A stretch of DNA of 49,590 nt from an uncultured delta proteobacterium. Lineage in GTDB: Bacteria > Desulfobacterota > Desulfobacteria > Desulfobacterales > Desulfatirhabdiaceae. Positions within the stretch are counted from its first letter, which is position 1; each line of letters begins with the position of its first letter. The stretch covers positions 1 through 49,590 of the forward strand of contig CAWBKP010000001.1 of the NCBI GenBank assembly GCA_963789395.1, written 5' to 3'. This document shows positions 1 to 9,578 of the stretch, in pieces. A program made the translations under genes and the position numbers. The notes below the pieces were generated by a model, which saw only the letters and a list, made by a program, of their open reading frames with translations, was not told the origin of the DNA and searched no databases.

Positions 1-1090
1 GATATTTATCGGAAATCTGGTTGTAATAGGCTTTTTCCGAAACCGTACCCCAGACGCCGACCCGTTTCTTGAATTTCTTGAACGCTTCATTCACTTTTTT
101 GGACATGGGGTCCTTGGCCGACTCTTCTTCCAGAACTTCGACCGCCAGTTTTCGAAGCGCATCCATCATGTCCGGCGGAAACTCCATCAGATTGACCTTG
201 TGAACCGTAATCAGCTCCTCCAGGGCCGCGCCGTTTCCGGATTCAAATTCACACAGGCTCCACAGGTTGGTCTCCGCAGCCACCGCATCCAGTATTACCT
301 GCAAATCTTTGGGCAGGGACTCATAGGCTTTCTTGTTGAAAATGACTTCCAGCGTCGTTCCCGGCTCATGCCAGCCCGGATAATAATAGTATTTGGCAGC
401 CTTGTAAAAGCCCATTCTCAGATCATGCAGGGGGCCGACCCATTCGAGCGCATCAATCACCCCCCGGTCCAGGGATGTAAACAGTTCTCCGGCAGGCATC
501 AGGGTCACCGCGCCGCCGGCTTTGGCCACAACTTTTCCGCCCAGGCCGGGAATCCGCATTTTCAGACCTTTGAAATCGTCGATCGAATTCATTTCTTTTC
601 TGAACCATCCGCCCATCTGAACGCCGGTATTGCCCTGGGGCCGGGGAATCACATTAAAGGGCGCATAGACCTCTTCCCAGAGTTTGATTCCGCCCCCGCT
701 GTAGAACCAGGCGTTAATGCCCTGCGCATTGAGCCCGAACGGAACCGATGAAAACCACTGTCCGGCCGGAACCTTTCCCGCCCAGTAATAGCTGGCGCCG
801 GATCCGCATTCCACGGTGCCGTCCGACACCGCATCGAACACGCCAAGGGCGGGCACGAGTTCCCCGCCGGCAAACACCTGAATTTTCATCCGGCCGCTTG
901 ACGCTTCCTCCACGCGTTTGGCAAAGCGCTCGGCCCCGGTCTGCAGCACGGGCATATTCGGCGGCCAGGTGGTCACCATTTTCCATGAATAGGTTTTGTC
1001 TGCAGCCATGACGGCGGGTGCGGCAATCGACGATGCGGCGACAGCTGCGGCGACAACGCCGGTCTTCTTGAGAAACTCTCTTCGTTCCAT
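1..1090 (-). CDS. dctP: TRAP transporter substrate-binding protein (DctP/TakP-like), 3' end outside the window
   Basis: Manual translation from ATG at 1090: MERREFLKKTGVVAAAVAASSIAAPAV (twin-arginine signal), WKMVTTWPPN, GNTGVQMGGWF, KMRIPGLGG, EWVGP, YPGWHEPG. Open to the window edge, so absent from the ORF track. RBS AAGGAG upstream. Confidence 0.92.
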   Translation of the reverse strand, partial: MERREFLKKTGVVAAAVAASSIAAPAVMAADKTYSWKMVTTWPPNMPVLQTGAERFAKRVEEASSGRMKIQVFAGGELVPALGVFDAVSDGTVECGSGASYYWAGKVPAGQWFSSVPFGLNAQGINAWFYSGGGIKLWEEVYAPFNVIPRPQGNTGVQMGGWFRKEMNSIDDFKGLKMRIPGLGGKVVAKAGGAVTLMPAGELFTSLDRGVIDALEWVGPLHDLRMGFYKAAKYYYYPGWHEPGTTLEVIFNKKAYESLPKDLQVILDAVAAETNLWSLCEFESGNGAALEELITVHKVNLMEFPPDMMDALRKLAVEVLEEESAKDPMSKKVNEAFKKFKKRVGVWGTVSEKAYYNQISDKY

Positions 1091-1138
1091 CGCATAAACT
1101 CCTTTCATGATGCTGGGGGTGAATGAATTCCAAAACAG

Positions 1139-2464
1139 CTAATTGGCAAACACAATTCTGGGCAGCCAGGTCGTTAAAATCGGAAACAGCGCTACTATGG
1201 CCAGCCCGATCATCTGAAGAATGACAAAGGGGATGATCCCGCGGTAAATATGCCCGGTGGTGATTTCATCCGGTACAACGGCCTTCAGGTAAAAAAGGGA
1301 GAAGCCGAACGGCGGCGTCAGAAACGAAGTCTGCAGGTTGACGGCCAGAAGAACGCAGAACCACAGGGGATCCAGGCCGAACTCGATCATGATGGGCGCC
1401 AGCACCGGCACGTGAATGAACACGATTTCAATAAAATCCAGAAAAAACCCCACGATGAAAATGACGAACATGACCAGGGCAAACACGAACCATTTGCCAT
1501 GCGTTGCGGCCATGCCTCCCAGAAAGGTTCGCACCAGGGTATCGCCGCCCGTGCCGCGGAATACCAGGCCGAAGGCGGCTGCGCCCACCAGTATGATAAA
1601 TACCATGCTCGTCAACTGCATGGTGGAGTAGGACACTTCTCTGAGCATTTTATAGGTGAAAGTCTTGTTGCCGAAGGTCAACAGGGTGGCGCCGACCGCG
1701 CCCACGGCCGCCGCTTCGGTGGGGGAGGCAACGCCTGCAAACATCGAGCCCAGCACCGCAACCATCAGAAACAGCGGGGGAAACAGGGATTTGGCGACTC
1801 TGATCAGCATTTCCCTGGACTTGATGGCGTCCAGTTCCGCCTGGGGAATCAGGGGCGCCCATTCAGGCTTGATGATGCTGGCTATGAGAATATAGATAAT
1901 ATAAAGAGCCACCAGAACCAGCCCCGGAAAGACCGCGCCCATGAACAGATCGCCCACCGGAACGCCCACAATGTCGCCCAGCAGCACCAGAACGATGCTG
2001 GGCGGAATGATCTGCCCTAAAGTTCCGGATGCGGCCACGGTGCCGGTGGCCAGCTCTTTCTGGTAGCCCCGCTTCATCATGGTGGGGATCGCGATCAGCC
2101 CCATGGTGACCACGGTTGCGCCGACAATGCCCGTGGATGCACCCAGAAGCGCCCCGACCACGACAACGGATACGGCCAGCCCGCCCCGGATTTTACCGAA
2201 AACCAGGCCCATGGTATCCAGCAGTTCTTCGGCCAGGCCGGACCGCTCCAGCATGACGCCCATGAACACAAACAGGGGAACAGCCAGAAGGGTCACGTTG
2301 TTCATGACGCCCCAGATGCGAAGGGGCAGCAGATTGAAAAAATTCCACCCAAAACCGATCATGCCGAATGTCAGTGCCGTTCCCAGAAGGGTAAACGTGA
2401 CCGGAAACCCGACCAGAATCAGAATCGACATGGCCAGAAACATCCATCCCGCCAGGTACTCCAT
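1139..2464 (-). CDS. dctM: TRAP transporter large permease
   Basis: 441 aa, highly hydrophobic; GTLGQIIPPSIVL, TPTEAAAVGA and QTSFLTPPFG motifs. Confidence 0.95.
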   Translation of the reverse strand: MEYLAGWMFLAMSILILVGFPVTFTLLGTALTFGMIGFGWNFFNLLPLRIWGVMNNVTLLAVPLFVFMGVMLERSGLAEELLDTMGLVFGKIRGGLAVSVVVVGALLGASTGIVGATVVTMGLIAIPTMMKRGYQKELATGTVAASGTLGQIIPPSIVLVLLGDIVGVPVGDLFMGAVFPGLVLVALYIIYILIASIIKPEWAPLIPQAELDAIKSREMLIRVAKSLFPPLFLMVAVLGSMFAGVASPTEAAAVGAVGATLLTFGNKTFTYKMLREVSYSTMQLTSMVFIILVGAAAFGLVFRGTGGDTLVRTFLGGMAATHGKWFVFALVMFVIFIVGFFLDFIEIVFIHVPVLAPIMIEFGLDPLWFCVLLAVNLQTSFLTPPFGFSLFYLKAVVPDEITTGHIYRGIIPFVILQMIGLAIVALFPILTTWLPRIVFAN

Positions 2465-2994
2465 CAGCTTGCCTCCTTCTGTTCCAGGTCCTTACCGAGG
2501 ACGGTAAAAAAACTCCGAATTCCCAGGGCCAGCCCCTGAATCAGAAGCAGAACATAACCGACGGGGATGGTGAATTTGACGATAAACCGGTACGGAATGC
2601 CGCCGGGATCCGGAGAGCCTTCCAGATTCAAAAAAGAAGTGATGGCAAAGTGATAGGATGTGGTGATAACCAGATAACACCCGGGAATCAGAAAGACCAG
2701 CACCCCGATCAGATTGATCCATGCCCGGCCTTTGGGGCCGAGGCGCTGATAAAAAATATCCACCCGGACATGGCCGTCCTTGTATAACGTATACCCGGCG
2801 CCGACCAGAAAGATGAAGGAGAAGAGATGCCATTCCAGTTCCTGAATAAACACATAGCTGGTATTGAAGACATACCGCATGATTACATCCGAAAACACCA
2901 CGATAACCACCAGACACGAGGCCCAGGCCACGATACTGCCCACTCCGCAGTTGATCGCATCGATCCAGCGGCACAGTTTTCTTGCGAAATTCAT
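2464..2994 (-). CDS. dctQ: TRAP transporter small permease
   Basis: About 4 TM segments, QELEWHLF and GHVRVDIFY motifs; start placed at MNFARK. Confidence 0.92.
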   Translation of the reverse strand: MNFARKLCRWIDAINCGVGSIVAWASCLVVIVVFSDVIMRYVFNTSYVFIQELEWHLFSFIFLVGAGYTLYKDGHVRVDIFYQRLGPKGRAWINLIGVLVFLIPGCYLVITTSYHFAITSFLNLEGSPDPGGIPYRFIVKFTIPVGYVLLLIQGLALGIRSFFTVLGKDLEQKEAS

Positions 2995-3431
2995 ATGCTT
3001 CTCCCTGTTAAAAAAAATCAACGCCCACAGAACGCAATTACATCAAAGCGCCTCTACATTCAAGGATAAAATACCATAATAATGGATATAATTAATTCGT
3101 TGAATGGTATTTGGCGTTCCATGCCACGAATTGACCAGAACGCATCCAATGGATATTGGATAACGCTTTCCCCCCATTGCAAATAGCAGAAACACGGGTT
3201 TCACACGAGATTGGACCGATTTTCATCACCGGCACTGGCATTACCCGGCATATTCAGATGATGGATCAAACCCTTCACAGGTATTTAGCATATGATAAAT
3301 CATCATGTTTACACTCGCATAGCTTCCTTCGCTTTTCTTGACACCATGATTCAACTCTCTTTCTGTTGAAAGCGATATTTTATAATTGAGATCATTCACT
3401 ATACTTGATAATTATTCTCGTTATCATTTAT

Positions 3432-3447
3432 CGGCACAAATATTGCT
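3432..3447 (+). promoter_or_regulatory. sigma54 (-24/-12) promoter upstream of the multihaem cytochrome
   Basis: CGGCACAAATATTGCT: GG-N10-GC spacing matching TGGCAC-N5-TTGC, in an AT-rich intergenic region about 115 bp before the ATG. Confidence 0.7.
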
Positions 3448-3561
3448 TAATATGTGTTGCGGCGGAAAGAACAAGAGCCTCCTGGCAAGATACTATTAAT
3501 TATGAACATCTGTTTATTCTTAACGTATCATTCATAAATCAAAAATAAAGGAGATGAATTT

Positions 3562-5784
3562 ATGCCGACAGAAGCTGTTCGGCCTCAGAGGGCAATCATC
3601 AAATGGACGGGATGGATATCTGCCATCATAGCCATAATGGCGTGGGGATTCCCCATTTCACCGGCAATGGCTGCTACCACTATACGAGCCACTCAGGCTA
3701 CATGGCATACCAGAACATCGCCAGCCAGGACCACTGGTCCCGTAACGGCAGGAACCAATTTAAAAGTCACTCAGGTCACCTGGAATGCAGGAACCGCATC
3801 AATCAGGATTGATGGTTCCGGCGCCGGCAGCGGTAAGACGGTTCTCTTTTCGAATGCCGCCACCAAACAGCAGATAGGAAGCATGCGGGCTGACAGAGCC
3901 GGCAGCTTCACGTTTGCAAAACAAGGACTGAGCCCGGCCCCCTGCAGCATCCTGATACAAGGGTACGACGGCAAGACCCTCACCACCGGCTACACCGGCA
4001 GCCCGCCGGCCGGATGCAGCGCCCCTGTTCAGGTTACCGGGTTTACCATCACCGGACCAACATCCGTGAATGAAAGCAGCAGTGCCGACTACTCCGCTAC
4101 CGCCACTTACAGTAACGGCTCCAGCCAAAACGTCACGACAGGCACAACATGGACGGAAAACTCCTCCTATGCCAGCATCAACAGCAGCGGACACCTGGTC
4201 ACCTCTGCCGTGACTTCAAATCAAACCCTGCTTGTCAGCGGCGCCTTCAACGGCAAGACCGCCGTCATAACTGTCACCATCCGTAACGCATCCACCTCAC
4301 CGCTGTCGGGAAGCTACCAGGTTTTTGCCTTCAACGATCTGGGCATGCACTGTTACGACCCGGATTTTTCCGTGTTCAGCATTCTTCCCCTTTACAACGT
4401 TCTCCATGCACAGGTCGTCCAGAAAGGAAGTTCCCCGAAGCTCATGGACTCGGCAGTCAATGTCACCTACAAAGCCATGGCGGATGCGAAAGGGTCGAGC
4501 AACACGACCAGCAAAGGCAAAACAAACTTCTGGACCTATGTCGCAGCGCTGTACGGTGCAAACCCTCCGGTAGATGAAGGACTGATGGGAGCAAAAATGC
4601 CCGGATCGGCCAATCAGCCCCAGCCCGTTGCGTGGGAGGGGGGCACCGAAAACTGGTTTGGCGCTCCCGGCATTCCGATCACGGCCCTGGATGACAACGG
4701 AACAATCAATTCCTACCCGCTGATGAATGTCCAGGCCCTGGACCCGGCAAACGCCGCTGTCCTTTCTTCGCTGCCTGTCGTGGTTCCCGTATCCAACGAA
4801 ATGGCCTGTAACGTCTGCCACAACACGGGAAATGTGGCGGCTGTCCGCTCCGGCATCAGTTGGAGCCAGAAAACCGACCCCGCGATTCAGTTCAGGGAAA
4901 ACATCCTGCTGCTTCATGATAAATTGAACAATACCAGTCTGAGCAGCAGCCAGCCGGTTCTCTGCGCTTCCTGCCATTATTCCCCCGCTCTCGATCTGGG
5001 ACATACCGGACCGTCGGCTGTTCAAAAAACACATCAGACCATGTCCCGGGCCGTTCACGGGTATCATGCCTCGCGGACAACGACAACGCCACCCAGCGGC
5101 AACGCCTGTTACTATTGCCACCCGGGCGAAAAAACACAATGCGCCAGAGGCGTCATGGATACGGCTGGCCTGACCTGTCTGGATTGTCACGGCACCATGA
5201 CAGCCGTGGCCCAGGCAAACCGGCAGCCCTGGTCGGATCTTCCCAAATGCCAGTCCTGCCACACAGGGGATGCAGCCAGCAATATCGGCGGTCAGATCAT
5301 CCGGCGAAGCACCTATACCGCCAGCCCGGATACGGCAACCTTTATCGTTGCCACCAACAAGCGTTTTGCCGAACAGGACAACACGCTTTATCGGAACAGC
5401 GTGGGACACAGCGGCATAGCGTGTGAGTCCTGCCACGGCAGCCCCCATGCGGAATGGCCGTCCCGGGAAGCCAATGACAACAGGACTGCAACAACGATTC
5501 AGGGCCATGACGGCATGATCACCGAATGCACGGCCTGTCACGGAACCGGATTGGCCCTGACCGCGAACGGCGGGCCTCACGGCATCCACAATGTAAACAG
5601 TTCGGCATGGGTGAGCGGTCATCACGACATGGGAGCCAACAGACAGAACTGCGGGACCTGTCATGGAACCACAGGAGCCGGGACGGTGCTTTCAAAGGCT
5701 GCTGCGAACAGAACATTAGGTGGGCGCACTATTGCCAAGGGAACGCAGATCGGATGCGGTCTCTGCCATAAAAATGAACTTTAG
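3562..5784 (+). CDS. Secreted multihaem cytochrome c (9 CxxCH) with N-terminal Thr/Ser-rich Ig-like domains
   Basis: Signal peptide ending AMA; CNVCH, CASCH, CYYCH, CLDCH, CQSCH, CESCH, CTACH, CGTCH, CGLCH; FAFNDLGMHC motif; RBS AAGGAG. Confidence 0.92.
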   Translation: MPTEAVRPQRAIIKWTGWISAIIAIMAWGFPISPAMAATTIRATQATWHTRTSPARTTGPVTAGTNLKVTQVTWNAGTASIRIDGSGAGSGKTVLFSNAATKQQIGSMRADRAGSFTFAKQGLSPAPCSILIQGYDGKTLTTGYTGSPPAGCSAPVQVTGFTITGPTSVNESSSADYSATATYSNGSSQNVTTGTTWTENSSYASINSSGHLVTSAVTSNQTLLVSGAFNGKTAVITVTIRNASTSPLSGSYQVFAFNDLGMHCYDPDFSVFSILPLYNVLHAQVVQKGSSPKLMDSAVNVTYKAMADAKGSSNTTSKGKTNFWTYVAALYGANPPVDEGLMGAKMPGSANQPQPVAWEGGTENWFGAPGIPITALDDNGTINSYPLMNVQALDPANAAVLSSLPVVVPVSNEMACNVCHNTGNVAAVRSGISWSQKTDPAIQFRENILLLHDKLNNTSLSSSQPVLCASCHYSPALDLGHTGPSAVQKTHQTMSRAVHGYHASRTTTTPPSGNACYYCHPGEKTQCARGVMDTAGLTCLDCHGTMTAVAQANRQPWSDLPKCQSCHTGDAASNIGGQIIRRSTYTASPDTATFIVATNKRFAEQDNTLYRNSVGHSGIACESCHGSPHAEWPSREANDNRTATTIQGHDGMITECTACHGTGLALTANGGPHGIHNVNSSAWVSGHHDMGANRQNCGTCHGTTGAGTVLSKAAANRTLGGRTIAKGTQIGCGLCHKNEL

Positions 5785-5907
5785 CAAGATGAATATGCAT
5801 CGCATCTGAAACGATCCGGCCGGGGGGGGCAAAGGCTGACATGTCTTTCGCCCCGGCTGCATTTTCGCATTATATAAATTGACTTACCAACCATGATGAA
5901 CTGTTGG

Positions 5908-5943
5908 AAAATCCCCCTCAATCCCCCTTTTCCAAAGGGGGAA
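5908..5943. repeat. REP-like palindromic element
   Basis: AAAATCCCCCTCAATCCCCCTTTTCCAAAGGGGGAA; hairpin TCCCCCTTT-TCC-AAAGGGGGA at 5922-5942. Confidence 0.6.
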
Positions 5944-6019
5944 GACATTTTCATTGACGTGGGCGAAATCCTGATTTCATTCACGATTACCAAGCCATCA
6001 ACGATAAGAATCCGCCCAA

Positions 6020-6048
6020 TTGACTTGACCGCTTTTGCGACTTATTCT
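6020..6048 (+). promoter_or_regulatory. sigma70-type promoter for the small Cys-rich ORF
   Basis: TTGACT-17 nt-TATTCT. Confidence 0.55.
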
Positions 6049-6183
6049 TTATATAGCAACAAATCAGCATATATCGAAAAGAAAGGTTTATTTCCGATGG
6101 GTATGCTTGATTTGATGCGGTTCGGATGAATTCCGACAAGAAAGCCCGATTGGCCCGGATTCATCAATAGGGAGGTGATATGT

Positions 6184-6333
6184 ATGGAAAGTGATGAAAA
6201 AACAATCCAAGACGACAATGGAAAGAGCAACACGTCAGAATCCAATTCTGAGCGATCCTGTTGTTATGTCATAGATCCTTGTGGGTGTTACGTTGATCCA
6301 TGTGGATGTTATACCAGCAGCTGTTGCTGTTAA
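6184..6333 (+). CDS. 49-aa Cys-rich microprotein (metallothionein-like or RiPP-precursor-like), below the ORF-track cutoff
   Basis: MESDEKTIQDDNGKSNTSESNSERSCCYVIDPCGCYVDPCGCYTSSCCC*; strong RBS GGAGGTG at 6171-6177; the repeated DPCGCY differs only at synonymous sites; terminator directly after. Confidence 0.8.
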   Translation: MESDEKTIQDDNGKSNTSESNSERSCCYVIDPCGCYVDPCGCYTSSCCC

Positions 6334-6349
6334 TAATATGAATGCAATC

Positions 6350-6377
6350 CGGGACCGGGCTCAAAAGCCCGGTCCCG
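6350..6377. terminator. Strong hairpin/terminator between the microprotein and the convergent MFS gene
   Basis: Perfect 12-bp stem CGGGACCGGGCT-CAAA-AGCCCGGTCCCG. Confidence 0.75.
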
Positions 6378-6422
6378 ATTGATATCATCCCCATTCTACG
6401 TGACATTCCGGTTTCCAGGAAA

Positions 6423-7595
6423 TCACTCCTTTTTCCGGGAATTTTTTTCGATTGCGATTTCCGCAACGCCGATTGAAAACGGAATGAGAAGAATCGCCAG
6501 CATAAGCCACACAACGCCATGCCAACCCGAACGAATATACGCAAATCCGCTTAAATTAATCCCGATAGCCCCGCCGATATAATAAAAGAGAACGTAAAGC
6601 GAATTGGCGCGGCCCCGGCTGGATGTCAGCCTGCGATTGAGCGCACCGGCAGCGGCTGCATGAATGGCGAAGAACCCGGCGCAAATTCCCACCAGGCTGA
6701 CGACAATGACCGGAATCGACTGGATCATGGTCAAACCGATGGACAGTCCCAAGACGGCGGTGCCAAGGACCATCGTGGAACCATTGCCGATACGGTTGCT
6801 GAGTTTTCCCGCCAGAGGGCCGACGATGATGCCGATTACATAGGACAGATACATCAGGGTGATGATCCGGGTGCTTGCCTGAAAAGGCGGATTGGAAAGA
6901 TAAAAAGGCAGGTAATTGAATACCGATGAGAACACGAAAAACGCCCCGAAGGCCACCAGGAAAGGGCGCAGTAAAACCGCTGTTGACAGCAGCCGGATAA
7001 AGCCGGCTTCACCGGAATCCGCCGCCGGGACGCGCTCGGTTTGAGGCAGCCATGTGACCGCTGCAACGGTTGCCGCCAGCACCAGGATCGAAGCGCTCAC
7101 AAACGCATACCGCCAGTGAAGCGGCGGATGAACCCACCCTCCCAGCAGACGACCTCCCAGACCGCCTGCAACCGTTGCGGACACATACGCGCCCATCACC
7201 ACATTCAGCGATGCCACGGGAAGGCTTTTTGCCAGATAAGCCGCCAGACAGGTCGTCAGTGACGGGATGAAAAGTCCCTGAACGAATCTTGCCGCAACCA
7301 GGAGCGTCAGGCTTCGGGTCATGGCGCAGAAGACGCCGCAGGCGGCTACCATCACCCCGCCGGTCAGGATGATCGGCCGGATGGGGTACCGGTCCGAGAG
7401 CAGGCCAAACGGCAGGTTTGAAATCGCAATGCCAAGGACCACAGCGGCAATCGTCCAGGACGCCATGGCTTCATTCACACCGAATTCCGCCCGAAGAACC
7501 GGCAGTACCGGCTGGGTAATATAGATCGTGGTAAAGGCCGCACCAACCAGGGAAAACACCAGCGCCTGCAAGGCCAAGGAATCCCGGTTCTTCAT
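6423..7595 (-). CDS. MFS transporter (YnfM-like)
   Basis: About 12 TM; YITQPVLP, GLLSDRY, GxYVSATVAGGLGGR, ANSLYVLFYYIGG; start placed at MKNRDS (ORF extends to 7640). Confidence 0.88.
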   Translation of the reverse strand: MKNRDSLALQALVFSLVGAAFTTIYITQPVLPVLRAEFGVNEAMASWTIAAVVLGIAISNLPFGLLSDRYPIRPIILTGGVMVAACGVFCAMTRSLTLLVAARFVQGLFIPSLTTCLAAYLAKSLPVASLNVVMGAYVSATVAGGLGGRLLGGWVHPPLHWRYAFVSASILVLAATVAAVTWLPQTERVPAADSGEAGFIRLLSTAVLLRPFLVAFGAFFVFSSVFNYLPFYLSNPPFQASTRIITLMYLSYVIGIIVGPLAGKLSNRIGNGSTMVLGTAVLGLSIGLTMIQSIPVIVVSLVGICAGFFAIHAAAAGALNRRLTSSRGRANSLYVLFYYIGGAIGINLSGFAYIRSGWHGVVWLMLAILLIPFSIGVAEIAIEKNSRKKE

Positions 7596-7692
7596 GACAG
7601 ACTCGGGATTCCTGGCTGCGGGCATTGCGATTGAACGCATGAGCGCTTGTCTCTGCCCGGAGACAACGGATCGAAATTAGAAGAAAGGGCGA

Positions 7693-8160
7693 TCATGGGG
7701 ATTCGTGAGAGAGCTCTTTCATCATAGCGATTTCATCACAGTCCGGAAACTTGACGCAGTTCAGGCATCCCCCCCAGATCTTAAGCGGAAGCTCGGAGCG
7801 ATCGATACGGCCAAAACCCAGGCGCTCGAAAAAATTGGGCCGGTACGTCAGCGTGAAGACATTGGTGATGCAGTACTTCCTGGCCTCGGATATGGCGAAA
7901 TCGGCCAGTTCGGAGCCGACCCCCTTGTTCAGATATTCCGGCATGACGGCCAGGGACCGGATTTCAGCCAGATCCTCCCAGCAGAATTGCAGCGCGCAGC
8001 AGCCGATGATTTTTTTCTCCGGTGAGACAAAAACCGAAAAATCCCTCAAATGGTCATACAGTTCGGTCAACGGTCTGGGGAGAAGGTCCCCTTTGGTGCC
8101 GTAATACTGCAGGAGGCCGTGGATGGCCTTGATATCCTTTAACGTGGCTTTTCTGATCAT
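7693..8160 (-). CDS. argA: GNAT N-acetyltransferase, short ArgA-like amino-acid acetyltransferase
   Basis: LLPR, WEDLAEIRSLAV, VFTLTY, KIWxxCxxCxKFPDCDEIA motifs. Confidence 0.75.
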   Translation of the reverse strand: MIRKATLKDIKAIHGLLQYYGTKGDLLPRPLTELYDHLRDFSVFVSPEKKIIGCCALQFCWEDLAEIRSLAVMPEYLNKGVGSELADFAISEARKYCITNVFTLTYRPNFFERLGFGRIDRSELPLKIWGGCLNCVKFPDCDEIAMMKELSHESP

Positions 8161-9575
8161 TTCTTATCTTCCTGTTGTTCCGTGCTTCGATCTGCTGTTT
8201 TATGCCTTCTGCCTGCCAGCTTCTGTTTGCGCCAGTATTCCATCCGCTGCTGAATGGTTTTCTCATACCCCCTGCCCGAAGGCAGATAAAATCGCCTGTT
8301 TTGAAGCGGATCCGGCAGGTAATCCTGGGCAACGAATGCATCCTGAAAATCGTGGGCATACCGGTATCCGTCACCATATCCCAGATCCTTCATGAGCCGG
8401 GTCGGCGCGTTCCGGATATGAAAGGGAACCGGTAGCGCGCCGGTATCCCCGATCGTTTTTTTTACCTTTCCCATCGCCGAATAAACGCTGTTGCTCTTTG
8501 GCGCCGTAGCCAGGTAAACCGCTGCCTGAGCCAGAGCAAGCTCGCCTTCGGGATGTCCCAGCATGCGAAACGCCTCTGTGGCCCGGAGTACAATATCCAG
8601 CGCGTAGGGATCGGCGTTTCCAATGTCTTCCGAGGCAAATCGCACCATGCGCCGGGCCACATAAATCGGATCTTCTCCGGAGGCGATCATCCGCTCCAGC
8701 CAGTAAAGGGCAGCATCCGGATCGCTTCCCCTCAGGCTTTTGTGAAATGCTGAAATCAGATTATAATGCTCTTCGCCGGATTTATCGTAGAGCAGGGCTT
8801 TTTTCTGAACAGCGGTTTCAATATCCTGAATCGTTATTTCTCTTTTGATTGCGGCTCCTGATGAATCTGTTTCAGGCGCCAGCCCTTCGGATGCCGCCAG
8901 GGATGCCGCAACCTCGAGGCTGTTCAACGCATTGCGGGCATCCCCGTCCGCCATGCGGACCAGACAGGATGCGGCCTCCGGCGATAAGCCAAGCCCGGTC
9001 TTGCCCAGACCCCGCTCGGCATCGTTCAAAGCATTTTGAATAATGGCCAGCAGGGCCTCCGAAGACAGCATCTTTAATACAACAATCCTGCAGCGGGACA
9101 TCAATGCCGGAATCACCTCAAAAGACGGGTTTTCCGTTGTTGCCCCGATCAGGGTGATGAGGCCGCTTTCCACATGGGGCAGAAAGGCGTCCTGCTGGGA
9201 TTTGTTGAACCGGTGGATCTCATCCACGAACAGAATGGTTTTTTTCCGGTACAGCCGCTGCTGATCGGTGGCGATCTCGATCACTGCCCGAATGTCCTTG
9301 ACCCCGGAAAGGACCGCTGAAAAATGAACGAAATGGCAGCGGGTTTCCCGTGCCACGATTCGGGCCAGGGTGGTCTTGCCGCATCCCGGAGGCCCCCAGA
9401 GGATCATGGAAAAGATCCGGTCCCCTGAAATGGCGTGCCGCAGCAGGGTCCCCTCCCCCACCACCTCCTGCTGCCCGAAAAATTCATCCAGGGTTCTGGG
9501 GCGCATGCGTTCGGCAAGGGGGCGGGTGGCATCGGCTGCTTTCTGCGCGTGATGATCGAAAATATCGGCTTTCAT
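8157..9575 (-). CDS. rarA: Replication-associated recombination protein A (AAA+)
   Basis: [56 protein letters not shown]. Confidence 0.96.
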   Translation of the reverse strand: MKADIFDHHAQKAADATRPLAERMRPRTLDEFFGQQEVVGEGTLLRHAISGDRIFSMILWGPPGCGKTTLARIVARETRCHFVHFSAVLSGVKDIRAVIEIATDQQRLYRKKTILFVDEIHRFNKSQQDAFLPHVESGLITLIGATTENPSFEVIPALMSRCRIVVLKMLSSEALLAIIQNALNDAERGLGKTGLGLSPEAASCLVRMADGDARNALNSLEVAASLAASEGLAPETDSSGAAIKREITIQDIETAVQKKALLYDKSGEEHYNLISAFHKSLRGSDPDAALYWLERMIASGEDPIYVARRMVRFASEDIGNADPYALDIVLRATEAFRMLGHPEGELALAQAAVYLATAPKSNSVYSAMGKVKKTIGDTGALPVPFHIRNAPTRLMKDLGYGDGYRYAHDFQDAFVAQDYLPDPLQNRRFYLPSGRGYEKTIQQRMEYWRKQKLAGRRHKTADRSTEQQEDKK

Positions 9576-9578
9576 CGG

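Noticed and set aside
200..1133. ORFs 200-751 (+), 649-873 (-), 714-1133 (-) and 748-1011 (+)
   Set aside because: Shadow or off-frame ORFs of dctP, which runs off the window edge.
4297..5664. 455-aa antisense ORF
   Set aside because: Lies wholly opposite the cytochrome gene and has no recognisable motifs.
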